Assembly: GCA_963796055.1 (NCBI GenBank)
Contig: CAWCKH010000002.1
Location: forward strand, 1 to 64,000
From: an uncultured delta proteobacterium
GTDB lineage: Bacteria > Myxococcota > Myxococcia > Myxococcales > Myxococcaceae
Direction of reading: 5' to 3'
DNA: 64,000 nucleotides
Part shown: positions 42,319 through 52,827 of the stretch, piece by piece
How the letters are laid out: each line of letters starts with the position of its first letter
Numbering within the stretch: the first letter of the stretch is position 1
Translations under genes and position numbers: made by a program
The notes under the pieces: model-generated
What the model was told of the DNA's origin: nothing
Database searches by the model: none
The model's input: only the letters and a program-made list of their open reading frames with translations

Positions 42319-43185
42319 CTGAATACCGCACTGCTGACGACGCTGGCGATGCTCTGCTTCGCGGGCAATTCCCTCCTCTGCCGGCTCGCGCTGAGAGGCG
42401 GGGCGATCGACGCCTCGAGCTTCACCGCGGTGCGGCTGGGATCCGCGGCGCTGGTGATGGCGGTGCTGGCGCGCGTGGGTGGGAAGGGCCGGGCACACGG
42501 CGGGAGCTGGACGTCGGCGGTGGTTCTGTTCATCTACGCCATCGCCTTCTCCCTGGCCTACCTCCAGATCGGCGCGGGGCTGGGAGCGCTGCTGCTCTTC
42601 GGGGCGGTCCAGGTCACGATGATCGCCTGGGGCCTCTTCCAGGGGGAGCGTCCCGACTCCGCCGAGTGGTCCGGCCTGGCGCTGGCGATCCTCGGACTGC
42701 TGGTGCTCACCCACCCCTCCGTTTCCGGCTCGCCCCTGGGGGGGATGGCCCTGATGCTGCTGGCGGGTGTGGGCTGGGGCACGTATTCGCTCCGGGGGCG
42801 GCGGAGTGGCGATCCGTTGCAGACGACCGCGGCGAACTTCGTGCGCACCGTTCCCCTGGTGCTGGTGATGGTGGCGTTCACCTTCGCCGTCGAGCACCCT
42901 CACCTCTCGACCACCGGCGTCCTCGCCGGGGTGGCCTCGGGCGCCATCACCTCGGGCATCGGATACGCAATCTGGTACCGCGCGCTCACCAGACTCAGCG
43001 CGGTCCAGGCGGCCACGGTCCAGCTCACAGTACCGGTGATCGCCGCGGCGGGCGGAGTGCTCTTCCTCGGCGAACGGGTGACGCTGGAGCTGGTCGGCGC
43101 CGCGGCGCTGATCCTCGGCGGCATCGCCCTGGCGATCCTGAACCGGGGCAAACCTGCCCAGCCTCGCGCCACGCTGGGGCGATGA
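42319..43185 (+). CDS. DMT/EamA-family transporter
   Basis: FAGNSLLCRLAL, about 10 TM helices, QLTVPVIAAAGGVLFLGE; start uncertain (CTG 42319 or ATG 42349). Confidence 0.88.
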   Translation: MNTALLTTLAMLCFAGNSLLCRLALRGGAIDASSFTAVRLGSAALVMAVLARVGGKGRAHGGSWTSAVVLFIYAIAFSLAYLQIGAGLGALLLFGAVQVTMIAWGLFQGERPDSAEWSGLALAILGLLVLTHPSVSGSPLGGMALMLLAGVGWGTYSLRGRRSGDPLQTTAANFVRTVPLVLVMVAFTFAVEHPHLSTTGVLAGVASGAITSGIGYAIWYRALTRLSAVQAATVQLTVPVIAAAGGVLFLGERVTLELVGAAALILGGIALAILNRGKPAQPRATLGR

Positions 43186-43351
43186 CGTTCGAGCCGTCCA
43201 TGCCACATCGGGCCACGACCGTTCCTCGAAGGCGCGCGCCGCGGGCTCCGCCGATTGAAGCGGGAACGCTCCCGCGGTAGGGACTGGTAGGGACTGGACA
43301 GGGCCTCCCCCACAATCGGCCCTGCGACAGATCGTTCGGGAGGACTCTCCG

Positions 43352-43810
43352 ATGAAGCTCGTCGTCAACGGTCAGGAGCGTGAGATCGACGCGCCGCCCG
43401 ACATGCCGCTCCTCTGGGTGCTCCGGGACGTGCTCGGCCATACCGGCGCCAAGTTCGGCTGCGGGATGGCCCAGTGCGGGGCCTGCACCGTGCACCTCGA
43501 CGGGAAGGCCGTCCGGGCCTGTGTCACCCCGGTGTCGGCCGTGGGCAGCCGCGCCGTCACCACCATCGAGGGTCTGTCGCCCGATGGATCGCATCCGGTC
43601 CAGCGTGCCTGGGCGGAGATCGACGTCGTCCAGTGCGGTTACTGCCAGCCGGGGCAGATCATGACCGCCGCCGCCCTCCTGGCCACGAACCCGAAGCCGA
43701 CCGACGCGGACATCGACGCCGCCCTGTCGGGGAACATCTGCCGCTGCGGTACCTACCAGCGCATCCGCGCCGCCGTGCACCGGGCCGCCGAGCTGAAGGG
43801 AGGCGCCTGA
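43352..43810 (+). CDS. iorA: (2Fe-2S) subunit of an isoquinoline 1-oxidoreductase/aldehyde dehydrogenase-type enzyme
   Basis: [27 protein letters not shown]. Confidence 0.93.
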   Translation: MKLVVNGQEREIDAPPDMPLLWVLRDVLGHTGAKFGCGMAQCGACTVHLDGKAVRACVTPVSAVGSRAVTTIEGLSPDGSHPVQRAWAEIDVVQCGYCQPGQIMTAAALLATNPKPTDADIDAALSGNICRCGTYQRIRAAVHRAAELKGGA

Positions 43811-43813
43811 GCC

Positions 43814-45961
43814 ATGGGCGCGTTCAGCAGACGCGACTTCCTCCACTCCTCGGCTGTCGCCGGAACGGGGCTGGTCATCGCCTTCACCATCCCTCGCCGG
43901 GCCGAGGCGCTCGCCGGCGGTCCACCGAAGAAGAAGCCTCTGCCCCCGCCCAACGCGTTCCTGCGCATCGCGCCGGACGACTCGGTCACCGTCCTCCTCG
44001 CCCACTCGGAAATGGGTCAGGGCATCTGGACCACGCTGCCCATGCTCCTCGCCGAGGAGCTCGACTGCGACTGGGCGAAGATCCGCGTCGAGCACGCTCC
44101 CGCGGCGCCGGTCTACGCCCACACCGCCTACGGCGCGCAGATGACGGGCGGCTCGACCACCACCTGGTCCGAGTTCGAGCGATACCGGACGGTGGGCGCC
44201 ATCGCCCGCCAGCTGCTGGTCCGCGCCGCCGCCGAGAGGTGGAAGATCGACGCGGCGAAGCTCCGGGTCGAGAACGGGTTCGTCATCGGCGGCGCTCGCC
44301 GGGCCTCCTTCGGAGAGCTGGCCGAGCGGGCGCGGGCACTCCCCACGCCGGAGAAGGTCACCCTCAAGCCCCCCGAGCGGTGGAAGCTCATCGGCAAGCC
44401 GATGCGGCGGCTCGACACCCCCGAGAAGATCACCGGGCGAGCGGTGTTCGGGATCGACGTGCAGTTTCCCGGGCTGCGGACGGCGGTGGTGGCTCGCTCC
44501 CCCGTCTTCGGCGGCACCCTGAAGTCCTTCGACCCGACCGAGGCGCACAAGGTTCCCGGCGTCGAGCAGGTGGTCCAGGTCCCGAGCGGGGTGGCGGTGG
44601 TGGCGGCCAACACCTGGGCGGCGAGGCTCGGACGAGCGGCCCTGAAGACCGACTGGGACCTCGGACCTGGCGCGACGATGGACAGCGAGCGGATGCGGGC
44701 CGAGGCGCTCGCGCTCTCGCGCACCGCCGGACCGGTGGCACTGGACAAGGGAGACGTCGACACCGCGCTGGGCAAGGGCGCCCGGCGGCTGGAGGCCGAC
44801 TACGAGGTCCCCTACCTCGCCCACGCGCCCATGGAGCCTCTCAACGCCACGGTGAAGGTCGAGGGCGATCGGTGCGACATCTGGACCGGGACCCAGTTCC
44901 AGACCTCGGACCAGGCCACCGCGGCGCAGATCCTCGGCCTCAAGCCCGAGCAGGTGGCCATCCACACCACCTTCCTCGGCGGCGGATTCGGCCGGCGTGC
45001 CACCACCAGCTCCGACTTCGTCCGGGAGGCGACCGAGGTGGCCAAGGCCGCGAAGGTCCCGGTCAAGGTGGTCTGGACCCGCGACGACGACATCCGCGGC
45101 GGCTACTACCGTCCGGCGTTCCTTCACCGGATCGAGGCGGCGCTGGATGCGCGCGGACGGCCCGTGGCCTGGAAGCACACCTTGGTGGGCCAGTCGATCA
45201 TCACCGGAACGCCGTTCGAAGGGGCGATGGTCAAGAACGGAATCGACGAGGCCTCCGTCGAGGGCGTGGTCGACTCGCCCTACCTGGCGGCGATCCCCTC
45301 CCGGAAGGTGATGCTCCACTCGCCGAAGCCACCCATCCCGGTGCTCTGGTGGCGGTCGGTCGGAAACAGTCACACCGCCTTCGCCATGGAGTCGATGATC
45401 GACGAGCTGGCGCATGCTGCCGGGCAGGACCCGCTCGCCTACCGCCTGGCGATGCTCAAGGGCTCTCCGCGTCACGCCCGGGTGCTGCAGACCGCGGCGG
45501 AGAAGGCGGGTTGGGGGCGCTCGCCCGGCCCCGGTCGCGCGCTGGGCCTGGCGATGCACGCCTCCTTCGAGAGCGTCTTCGCCCAGGCGGCCGAGGTCTC
45601 CCTCGAGCCGGACGGCCGCATCCGGGTGCACCGGGTCGTGTGCGCCCTGGACTGCGGGCAGCCCATCAACCCCCTCGGGATCGAGGCCCAGGTTCAGAGC
45701 GGCATCGCCTTCGGGCTCGGCGCCGCGCTCCACAGCGCGATCACCTTCCGCAACGGTCGGGTCCAGGAGAGCAACTTCCACGACTACCGGGTCCTGCGCA
45801 TCGACGAGATGCCTCGGGTGGAGGTCCACATCCTCAAGAGCAGCGCGAAGATGGGCGGCATCGGTGAACCCGGGCTTCCCCCCATCGCCCCGGCGGTGGC
45901 GAACGCGCTGTTCGCGCTCAGCGGGAAGCGGCTCCGCTCCCTTCCCTTCCGCCTGGCCTGA
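43814..45961 (+). CDS. iorB: Molybdopterin-binding subunit (xanthine dehydrogenase family), Tat-exported
   Basis: SRRDFL Tat motif, EMGQG, HAPMEP, GGGFGRR, GGIGEP. Confidence 0.93.
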   Translation: MGAFSRRDFLHSSAVAGTGLVIAFTIPRRAEALAGGPPKKKPLPPPNAFLRIAPDDSVTVLLAHSEMGQGIWTTLPMLLAEELDCDWAKIRVEHAPAAPVYAHTAYGAQMTGGSTTTWSEFERYRTVGAIARQLLVRAAAERWKIDAAKLRVENGFVIGGARRASFGELAERARALPTPEKVTLKPPERWKLIGKPMRRLDTPEKITGRAVFGIDVQFPGLRTAVVARSPVFGGTLKSFDPTEAHKVPGVEQVVQVPSGVAVVAANTWAARLGRAALKTDWDLGPGATMDSERMRAEALALSRTAGPVALDKGDVDTALGKGARRLEADYEVPYLAHAPMEPLNATVKVEGDRCDIWTGTQFQTSDQATAAQILGLKPEQVAIHTTFLGGGFGRRATTSSDFVREATEVAKAAKVPVKVVWTRDDDIRGGYYRPAFLHRIEAALDARGRPVAWKHTLVGQSIITGTPFEGAMVKNGIDEASVEGVVDSPYLAAIPSRKVMLHSPKPPIPVLWWRSVGNSHTAFAMESMIDELAHAAGQDPLAYRLAMLKGSPRHARVLQTAAEKAGWGRSPGPGRALGLAMHASFESVFAQAAEVSLEPDGRIRVHRVVCALDCGQPINPLGIEAQVQSGIAFGLGAALHSAITFRNGRVQESNFHDYRVLRIDEMPRVEVHILKSSAKMGGIGEPGLPPIAPAVANALFALSGKRLRSLPFRLA

Positions 45962-45968
45962 GGTGACC

Positions 45969-46580
45969 GTGCGCCCTCTGCTCGCCTCCGTGCTCATCCT
46001 CGCCGCGCTCGCGCTCGGCTGTTCCCACGACGCCCGCCAGGGTCCTCCCACGGGCGGCCCCGCGGCCGCCGCGCCGGCCGCATCGTCGGACCCGGTCGCC
46101 GCGTTCGAGACCGTCCGCGCCGTGCTCCAGGACCCCCGCTGTCAGAACTGCCATCCGCCGGGGGATCGCCCGCTCCAGACGGACCGGAGCACGGTGCACA
46201 CGATGAACGTCCAGCGCGGGCCCACCGGACACGGCATGCCGGGCGCCGAGTGCGGCACGTGCCACGGCAGGGCCAACCTCCCCGACAGCTACGGAGCGCA
46301 TCAACCGCCGGGCGTCTCCCCCGACTGGCATATGCCTCCGCCGGAGATGCCGATGGTCTTCGTGGGCCGGAGTTCCCGCGAACTCTGCGAGCAGCTCAAG
46401 GATCCTGCCCGGACCGCGATCTCCACGGTGCCGGCGCTCCTCAAGCACGTGAGCAGCGATCCGCTGGTGCTCTGGGGATGGACACCCGGGTTCGGAAGGA
46501 AGCCAGTTGCGGTGCCACACGCCGAGTTCGTCGCCGCGTTCCAGCGCTGGACGGATGCCGGCCGTCCCTGTCCACAGTGA
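45969..46580 (+). CDS. Cytochrome c-type lipoprotein associated with IorAB
   Basis: ALGC lipobox; CQNCH and CGTCH heme motifs. Confidence 0.8.
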   Translation: MRPLLASVLILAALALGCSHDARQGPPTGGPAAAAPAASSDPVAAFETVRAVLQDPRCQNCHPPGDRPLQTDRSTVHTMNVQRGPTGHGMPGAECGTCHGRANLPDSYGAHQPPGVSPDWHMPPPEMPMVFVGRSSRELCEQLKDPARTAISTVPALLKHVSSDPLVLWGWTPGFGRKPVAVPHAEFVAAFQRWTDAGRPCPQ

Positions 46581-46621
46581 TGCCGGCGGCCCGGACGTGA
46601 TCGCGTAGCCAGCCGCGAAAT

Positions 46622-46656
46622 GGCCCCGGAACCAGAAACATCCTGATTCCGGGGCC
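46622..46656. terminator. Stem-loop between the convergent cytochrome c gene and tRNA-Pro
   Basis: GGCCCCGGAA ... TTCCGGGGCC perfect 10-bp stem; U-tract weak. Confidence 0.5.
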
Positions 46657-46661
46657 TTCAA

Positions 46662-46738
46662 TGGTCGGGGCGACTGGATTTGAACCAGCGACCACCTGCA
46701 CCCCAAGCAGGTGCGCTACCAGGCTGCGCTACGCCCCG
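46662..46738 (-). tRNA. tRNA-Pro(GGG)
   Basis: CGGGGCGTAGCGCAGCCTGGTAGCGCACCTGCTTGGGGTGCAGG...GGTTCAAATCC...CCCGACCA; CCA encoded. Confidence 0.97.
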
Positions 46739-46802
46739 GGAACTGCTCGGCAATACGGCGGACTGCGGGGAAGCGGGGGTGTACCTGCGAGCCCCCGACG
46801 GG

Positions 46803-47135
46803 TCAAGCCGCTCCGTCCGACCCGGAGCCGCCGCGAGCAGCCGCCTCGGCGGCTTCGGCCGAGGCGTTCAGCGCGCTCTTCAGCACCTGGCTGGGGCGGA
46901 AGGTGAGCACCCGGCGTGCGGAGATCTCGATCTCCTTGCCGGTCTGGGGATTCCGCCCGACGCGCGCGTTCTTCTGGCGCACCTGGAAGTTCCCGAAGCC
47001 GGAGATCTTGATCTTGTCCCCGCGCTCCAGCGTCTCCTTCACCGTGTCGAAGACCAGCTCGACGATCTCCGCGGACTCTTTCTTGGAGAAGCCCACCTTC
47101 TCGTAGACGCCTTCGATGATGTCGGCCTTCGTCAT
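46803..47135 (-). CDS. ihfA: Integration host factor alpha subunit
   Basis: MTKADIIE, KISGFGNF, GRNPQTG; directly downstream of pheT. Confidence 0.95.
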   Translation of the reverse strand: MTKADIIEGVYEKVGFSKKESAEIVELVFDTVKETLERGDKIKISGFGNFQVRQKNARVGRNPQTGKEIEISARRVLTFRPSQVLKSALNASAEAAEAAARGGSGSDGAA

Positions 47136-47195
47136 GGACCCCAAGCATGCCTGCCTGCTCGCGAAAGTGTCAACTTACCGGAGTTGCTAAGGGTT

Positions 47196-49616
47196 TTAGC
47201 GACCCCTCAGCTGGCCGCCCAGGCGCCGCTGGACCTCGTCCACGATGCGCCGGTGGGCCTCCTGGACCTCGTCGTCGCGGAGGGTGCGCTCCGGTGAGCG
47301 ATAGGTGAGCGCGAAGGCCAGGTTCTTCTGCCCCTCGGGCAGAGGTGGGCCGGTGTAGACGTCGAACAGCACCGCGTCCTCGACCAGCGGCTGGCCCACC
47401 TCGCGGATGACGGCGCGCACCTCGGCCGCCTCCATCGTGACCGGGACGACCACCGCGAGGTCGCGGAGCACTGCCGGGTAGCGCGGCAGCGGCTGGAACT
47501 GGGGCGAGAGCCGCGCCACCTGCTCCAGCCCCTCGAACTCGAGCTCGAAGGCGAACACGCCCGGGGGGAGCTCGAGGTGCTGCGCCACGAGGGGATGCAC
47601 CTCGCCGATCCACCCCAGCACCACGTCCTCGACCCGGGCCTCGGCCGTCGCCCGCGGGTGGAACGGCGCCACGCGGGCCAGCCGGCAGCTCAGCTCCCCG
47701 GCCGACAGCGCCGAGACGATGGCCTCCACCGCGCCCCGGGCATCGGCGAAGTCGTTCTGCGCGTCCTTCGAGGTCCAGCTCCGCGGCTCGCGACGGCCCC
47801 AGAGCACTCCGGCGACGTGGAGCCGCTCCTCGGCCACCGGCCGGAGGTCCTTGCCGCCGTGCGGATCGCGCAGGTAGGCCCGGCCAATCTCGTAGAGCCG
47901 GAGCGACTCGGGCTGGTGCCGCAGGTTCGAGGCGACGTTGGAGAGCAGCGAGGCCAGCAGGGTGGTCCGCATCACCGCCTGCTGGGGGGTGAGCGGGTTC
48001 TTCAAGCTGACCGCCCCCACCGGCGTCCCGAGCTTCTCCAGCGCCCGCGGCGTCACCCACGGCAGCACGCCCGGATCGACGAAGCTGTAGTTCACCACCT
48101 CGTCGAAGCCGGCACCGGAGAGCGCCCCGCGGATGCGCCGCTCCACCTCGACCCACGCCGGCTCGGGAACCAGCTCGCCTGAGCTGGCCGGGAGGACCGA
48201 GGGGATGTGCTCGTATCCGCGGATCCGTGCGACCTCCTCCACCAGGTCCTCGGGTCGCTCCACGTCCTGGCGCCATCCAGGGACGCGCCAGCGACCGCCC
48301 GCCTCGGCGGCGAAGCCGAGGGACGAGAGAATGGAGCGGACCTCCGAATCGGGCGTTGCGGCCCCGAGCAGGCCGTCCACCTCGCCCGTGGCCAGCGGGA
48401 CGACGCGCGGCTCGGCCGGGCGCGGGTGCACGTCGATGCGCCCCCGCCGCACGGTGGCCCCGGACAGCTCGGCCATCAGCGCCGCGGCATGGTCCAGCAC
48501 CTCGGGCAGCACGGTGCGGTCCACGCCGCGCTCGAAGCGGTAGGACGCCTCGCTGTGGAGCTGGTGGCGTCGGGCCATCCGGCGGATGGTGCCCGGGTCC
48601 CAGTTCGCCGCCTCGAGCAACACCCGGGTCGTCCCGTCGCTGACCTCGGTGTCCGCACCGCCCATGGTGCCGGCGAGCGACTGCGCCCCGCGCGCGTCCT
48701 CGATGACCAGATCGTCCGCCACCAGGGTCCGCTGCTTGCCGTCGAGCGTGGTCAGCGGCTCACCCTCGCGTGCCCGCCGCACCCGGAGGACGCCGCCCTG
48801 GATGCGGTCCAGATCGAAGGCGTGAAAGGGCTGGCCCAGCTCGAGCATCACGTAGTTGGTGACGTCGACCACGTTGCTGATGCTCCGCACCCCGCAGCGC
48901 TCCAGTCGCCGCCGGAGCCACGCGGGCGACGGTCCGATGCGAACGCCCTCGAGCACCCGGGCGGTGAAGCGCCGACAGCCCTCCGGGTCAGCGATCTCGA
49001 TGCGGATCGCGTCCGAGACCGGCGCGCCCGACTCGGCCGGCACCCGGAGCTTGCGCTGCAGCGGGACGCCGAGCACCGCCGCCGCCTCCCGCCCCACGCC
49101 GAGGTGGCTGAGCGCATCGCCCCGGTTCGGCGTCACGTTCACCTCCAGCACCGTGTCCTCGAGCCCCAGCGCCCGGGCCAGCGGCGTCCCGGGCACCAGG
49201 TCCCTGGGGAGGATGAGGAGCCCGCTCGCATCCTCGGAGAGGCCGAGCTCCTTGCCCGAGCAGAGCATTCCCTGGCTCTCGACCCCCCGGAGGCTGGCGC
49301 GCTGGATGGCCGTCCCGCCCGGCAGGGTCGCCCCCACGGTCGCCAGCGGGACGAGGTCACCCACCTGGAAGTTCTTCGCCCCGCAGACGACTTGCAGTCG
49401 CGCGCCGCCCGCCTCCACCTGGGTGACGGACAGCTTCTCGGCATCGGGGTGCGGAGCCGCCGCCGCGATGCGTGCGACCACCACCCCGGCCAGCGCCTCG
49501 CCCGGCCGCTCCATCCCCTCCACCTCGAGGCCCGCCCGGGTCAGACGGCGGGCGAGCTCCTCCGGAGCCGGCAGCGGCGAGACGAACTCTTGAAGCCACT
49601 CGACGGAGACCTTCAT
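47196..49616 (-). CDS. pheT: Phenylalanine-tRNA ligase beta subunit
   Basis: VVCGAKN, TPNRGDALS, VDVTNYVMLELGQP, RFERGVD, FDVYTG. Confidence 0.98.
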   Translation of the reverse strand: MKVSVEWLQEFVSPLPAPEELARRLTRAGLEVEGMERPGEALAGVVVARIAAAAPHPDAEKLSVTQVEAGGARLQVVCGAKNFQVGDLVPLATVGATLPGGTAIQRASLRGVESQGMLCSGKELGLSEDASGLLILPRDLVPGTPLARALGLEDTVLEVNVTPNRGDALSHLGVGREAAAVLGVPLQRKLRVPAESGAPVSDAIRIEIADPEGCRRFTARVLEGVRIGPSPAWLRRRLERCGVRSISNVVDVTNYVMLELGQPFHAFDLDRIQGGVLRVRRAREGEPLTTLDGKQRTLVADDLVIEDARGAQSLAGTMGGADTEVSDGTTRVLLEAANWDPGTIRRMARRHQLHSEASYRFERGVDRTVLPEVLDHAAALMAELSGATVRRGRIDVHPRPAEPRVVPLATGEVDGLLGAATPDSEVRSILSSLGFAAEAGGRWRVPGWRQDVERPEDLVEEVARIRGYEHIPSVLPASSGELVPEPAWVEVERRIRGALSGAGFDEVVNYSFVDPGVLPWVTPRALEKLGTPVGAVSLKNPLTPQQAVMRTTLLASLLSNVASNLRHQPESLRLYEIGRAYLRDPHGGKDLRPVAEERLHVAGVLWGRREPRSWTSKDAQNDFADARGAVEAIVSALSAGELSCRLARVAPFHPRATAEARVEDVVLGWIGEVHPLVAQHLELPPGVFAFELEFEGLEQVARLSPQFQPLPRYPAVLRDLAVVVPVTMEAAEVRAVIREVGQPLVEDAVLFDVYTGPPLPEGQKNLAFALTYRSPERTLRDDEVQEAHRRIVDEVQRRLGGQLRGR

Positions 49617-49708
49617 GGCTAGACAGTATGGAGCGACCGGCTCGCTCGTTCAGCGCGGATTAGCCTCGGCAACGCCGCGGCCAGAGCCGCAAACGAGGAG
49701 CCGGTCGA

Positions 49709-50804
49709 GTGAAAACTACAACGCTGACCGTCGGAATGGACGTGCATAAGGAGTCGATTTCCTTCTCGGTGCTGGCCGGTGACCGGGGAGGCGCTCGGCC
49801 CACGGTGAAGATCCGGAACGATGCGCTCGAGCTGAAGCGCTGCTTCGGCAGGCTCAAAAAGGAAGGGGCGGTCCGCGCCTGCTACGAGGCCGGGAGTTGC
49901 GGCTACGAGGTCTACCGGCAGCTCGCAGCGATGAAGATCCCATGCGACGTGGTCGCGCCCTCGCTCATCCCGGTGCGCGCCGGCGATCGGGTCAAGACCG
50001 ACCGGCGCGACGCCGAGAAGCTCGCTCGCCTCTACCGCGCCGGCGAGCTCACTTCGATTCGCGTCCCCTCCGAGGCCGAGGAGGCGCTGCGGGATTCTCG
50101 TTCGCTGCCGAGAGGATGCGCGCGAGGACGTCATCCGCGAGCGCGACCGACTCCTGAAGTTCCTCCTGCGCCACGGGCGCAGCTTTACCGAGGGCAAGAA
50201 GAACTGGTCGATGCCGCACTGGAAGTGGCTTCGCAAACAGACGTTCGAGGCCCCCATCGCACAGACGGTCTTCACCGAGTACTTGGCCCGCCTCGAGGGA
50301 ACGCTCGGACGTCTCAAGGCGCTCGACCAGGAACTCGCGACAGCCGCCGAGAAGGAGCCCTATAAAACTCCCGTTGCGAAGCTCCGCTGCCTGCGCGGCA
50401 TCGACACGCTCTCGGCCGTCATCCTCATCGCCGAGATCTGCGACTTCCAGCGGTTCGAGCACCCCGACCAGTTCATGGCTTTCGTCGGCCTCGTCCCGAG
50501 CGAGCGCTCGAGCGGAGCCAAGGAGCGGCGGGGCAGCATCACCAAGACGGGCAACGGACACGCCCGGCGCGTACTGGTCGAGGCCGCCTGGCACTACCGG
50601 CGCCCGCCACGCCAGAGCGGCGTCATCAAACAGCGCTGGGAGGGCCAGGATGCAAAGGTCGTAGCCCACGCATGGAAAGCCCAGGAGCGGCTGCACCGGC
50701 GCTTCCACCGCTTCGTCTCCCGCGGCAAACCTTCGCAGGTCGCGGCCGTCGCCGTGGCTCGCGAGCTCTGCGGCTTTGTCTGGGCCATCGCCCGCGCCGC
50801 TTGA
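49709..50804 (+). pseudogene. IS110-family transposase/recombinase with a +1 frameshift near 50095
   Basis: GAGGAG RBS, GTG start; DEDD residues (GMDVHK, CYEAG, KTDRRDA); C-terminal domain RGID, GLVPSERSSG, ITKTGN, AVAREL; removing one T restores ALRDLVRCRED (365 codons). Confidence 0.88.
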
Positions 50805-50811
50805 AAGGAGC

Positions 50812-51045
50812 AACGTACGTGCATCGCTTCGAAGCCGGCAGGCAGTGGATGAGCCAGGAACGTAGGAGGGACTCTCGACAGTTCTAAGTGGCGGCGGGCT
50901 CGACCCGCCGACCCACGCCGCTAGAGCGAGAAAGCCTCCCGACGAATCACGGTCATGCGGCGGCTCCGCCGACCCGCGAATCCTAGAGTGATCAACCGTC
51001 GCAGCTCCCTCGCTCGTCCCCTGCCTGAAGGCCTCGAAGTACGAA
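50812..51045 (+). ncRNA. Predicted bridge RNA / seekRNA of the IS1111-group element
   Basis: Two stem-closed internal loops carrying target-matching (ACAGTTCTA, GCTAGA) and donor-matching (ATCCTAGA) segments; boundaries approximate. Confidence 0.8.
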
Positions 51046-51120
51046 CCACGAGGAGCTGCGAAGCGAACAGACGCATCGCCACCAACGAACGAGAGAGCTG
51101 ACTTGACGGGTCGCTCCATC

Positions 51121-52161
<1,041 letters not shown>

Positions 52162-52174
52162 GTGCTACCTCCCG

Positions 52175-52207
52175 AAACGACAAAGGGCCGCCCCTGGGGG
52201 CAGCCCT
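52175..52207 (-). terminator. Intrinsic terminator-like hairpin between rplT and pheS
   Basis: AGGGCTGCCC-CCAG-GGGCGGCCCT followed by TTGTCGTTT, just 5' of the pheS GGAGG. Confidence 0.55.
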
Positions 52208-52253
52208 CGTGTCGGCTCGCCGGGGTTGACGCCCCCCCGGCAGGGGTCCGATG

Positions 52254-52598
52254 TCAGGCCGCCGCGATCTTCGCGATGGCCGCAAAACCCTGCGGATCGG
52301 CGACGGCGATGTCGGCCAGCACCTTGCGGTCCAGCGCCACGTCCGCCTTTGCCAGCCCGGCGATGAGCCGGCTGTAGCTCAGGCCCGAGAGCCGGGCGGC
52401 GGCGTTGATCCGGACGATCCACAGCGAGCGGAAGTCCCGCTTCTTCCGGGCCCGATCCCGGCTGGCGTAGTCCAGCGCGCGCTCCACGGCCTGGTTCGCC
52501 CGCTTGTAGCAGTTCTTCCGCCGGCCCCGGTAACCCTTGGCCAGCTTCAAAATCCGGTTGCGCCGACGGCGCGCCTTGAAGCCCTTCTTGACCCGCAT
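52254..52598 (-). CDS. rplT: 50S ribosomal protein L20
   Basis: [31 protein letters not shown]. Confidence 0.98.
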   Translation of the reverse strand: MRVKKGFKARRRRNRILKLAKGYRGRRKNCYKRANQAVERALDYASRDRARKKRDFRSLWIVRINAAARLSGLSYSRLIAGLAKADVALDRKVLADIAVADPQGFAAIAKIAAA

Positions 52599-52607
52599 GA
52601 CTCGTCC

Positions 52608-52817
52608 TCAGTTCGCCCCGTAGGGGAACAGCTCCTTGATGACCTTCTTCGCGTCCATGTCGCGAAGGTAGCCGGTGCCGCGGTGGCGGCGATCGTTGTT
52701 GGCGGTCTTGGAGAAGGTGAACAGGTGCTTCCCGTAGGCCTTGGCGTGCTTCACCTTGCCCGACTTCTTCACCTGGAACCGCTTCTTGGCCGCACTGCGC
52801 GTCTTCAGCTTCGGCAT
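52608..52817 (-). CDS. rpmI: 50S ribosomal protein L35
   Basis: MPKLKTRSAAKKRF. Confidence 0.97.
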   Translation of the reverse strand: MPKLKTRSAAKKRFQVKKSGKVKHAKAYGKHLFTFSKTANNDRRHRGTGYLRDMDAKKVIKELFPYGAN

Positions 52818-52827
52818 CGCTCGACTC

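Noticed and set aside
46580..46740. Prophage or island integrated at tRNA-Pro or tRNA-Val
   Set aside because: No integrase and no duplicated tRNA 3' end found in the window
49619..49622. CTAG as a classical target-site duplication
   Set aside because: IS110-family recombination does not normally create duplications; a core shared by donor junction and target explains it better
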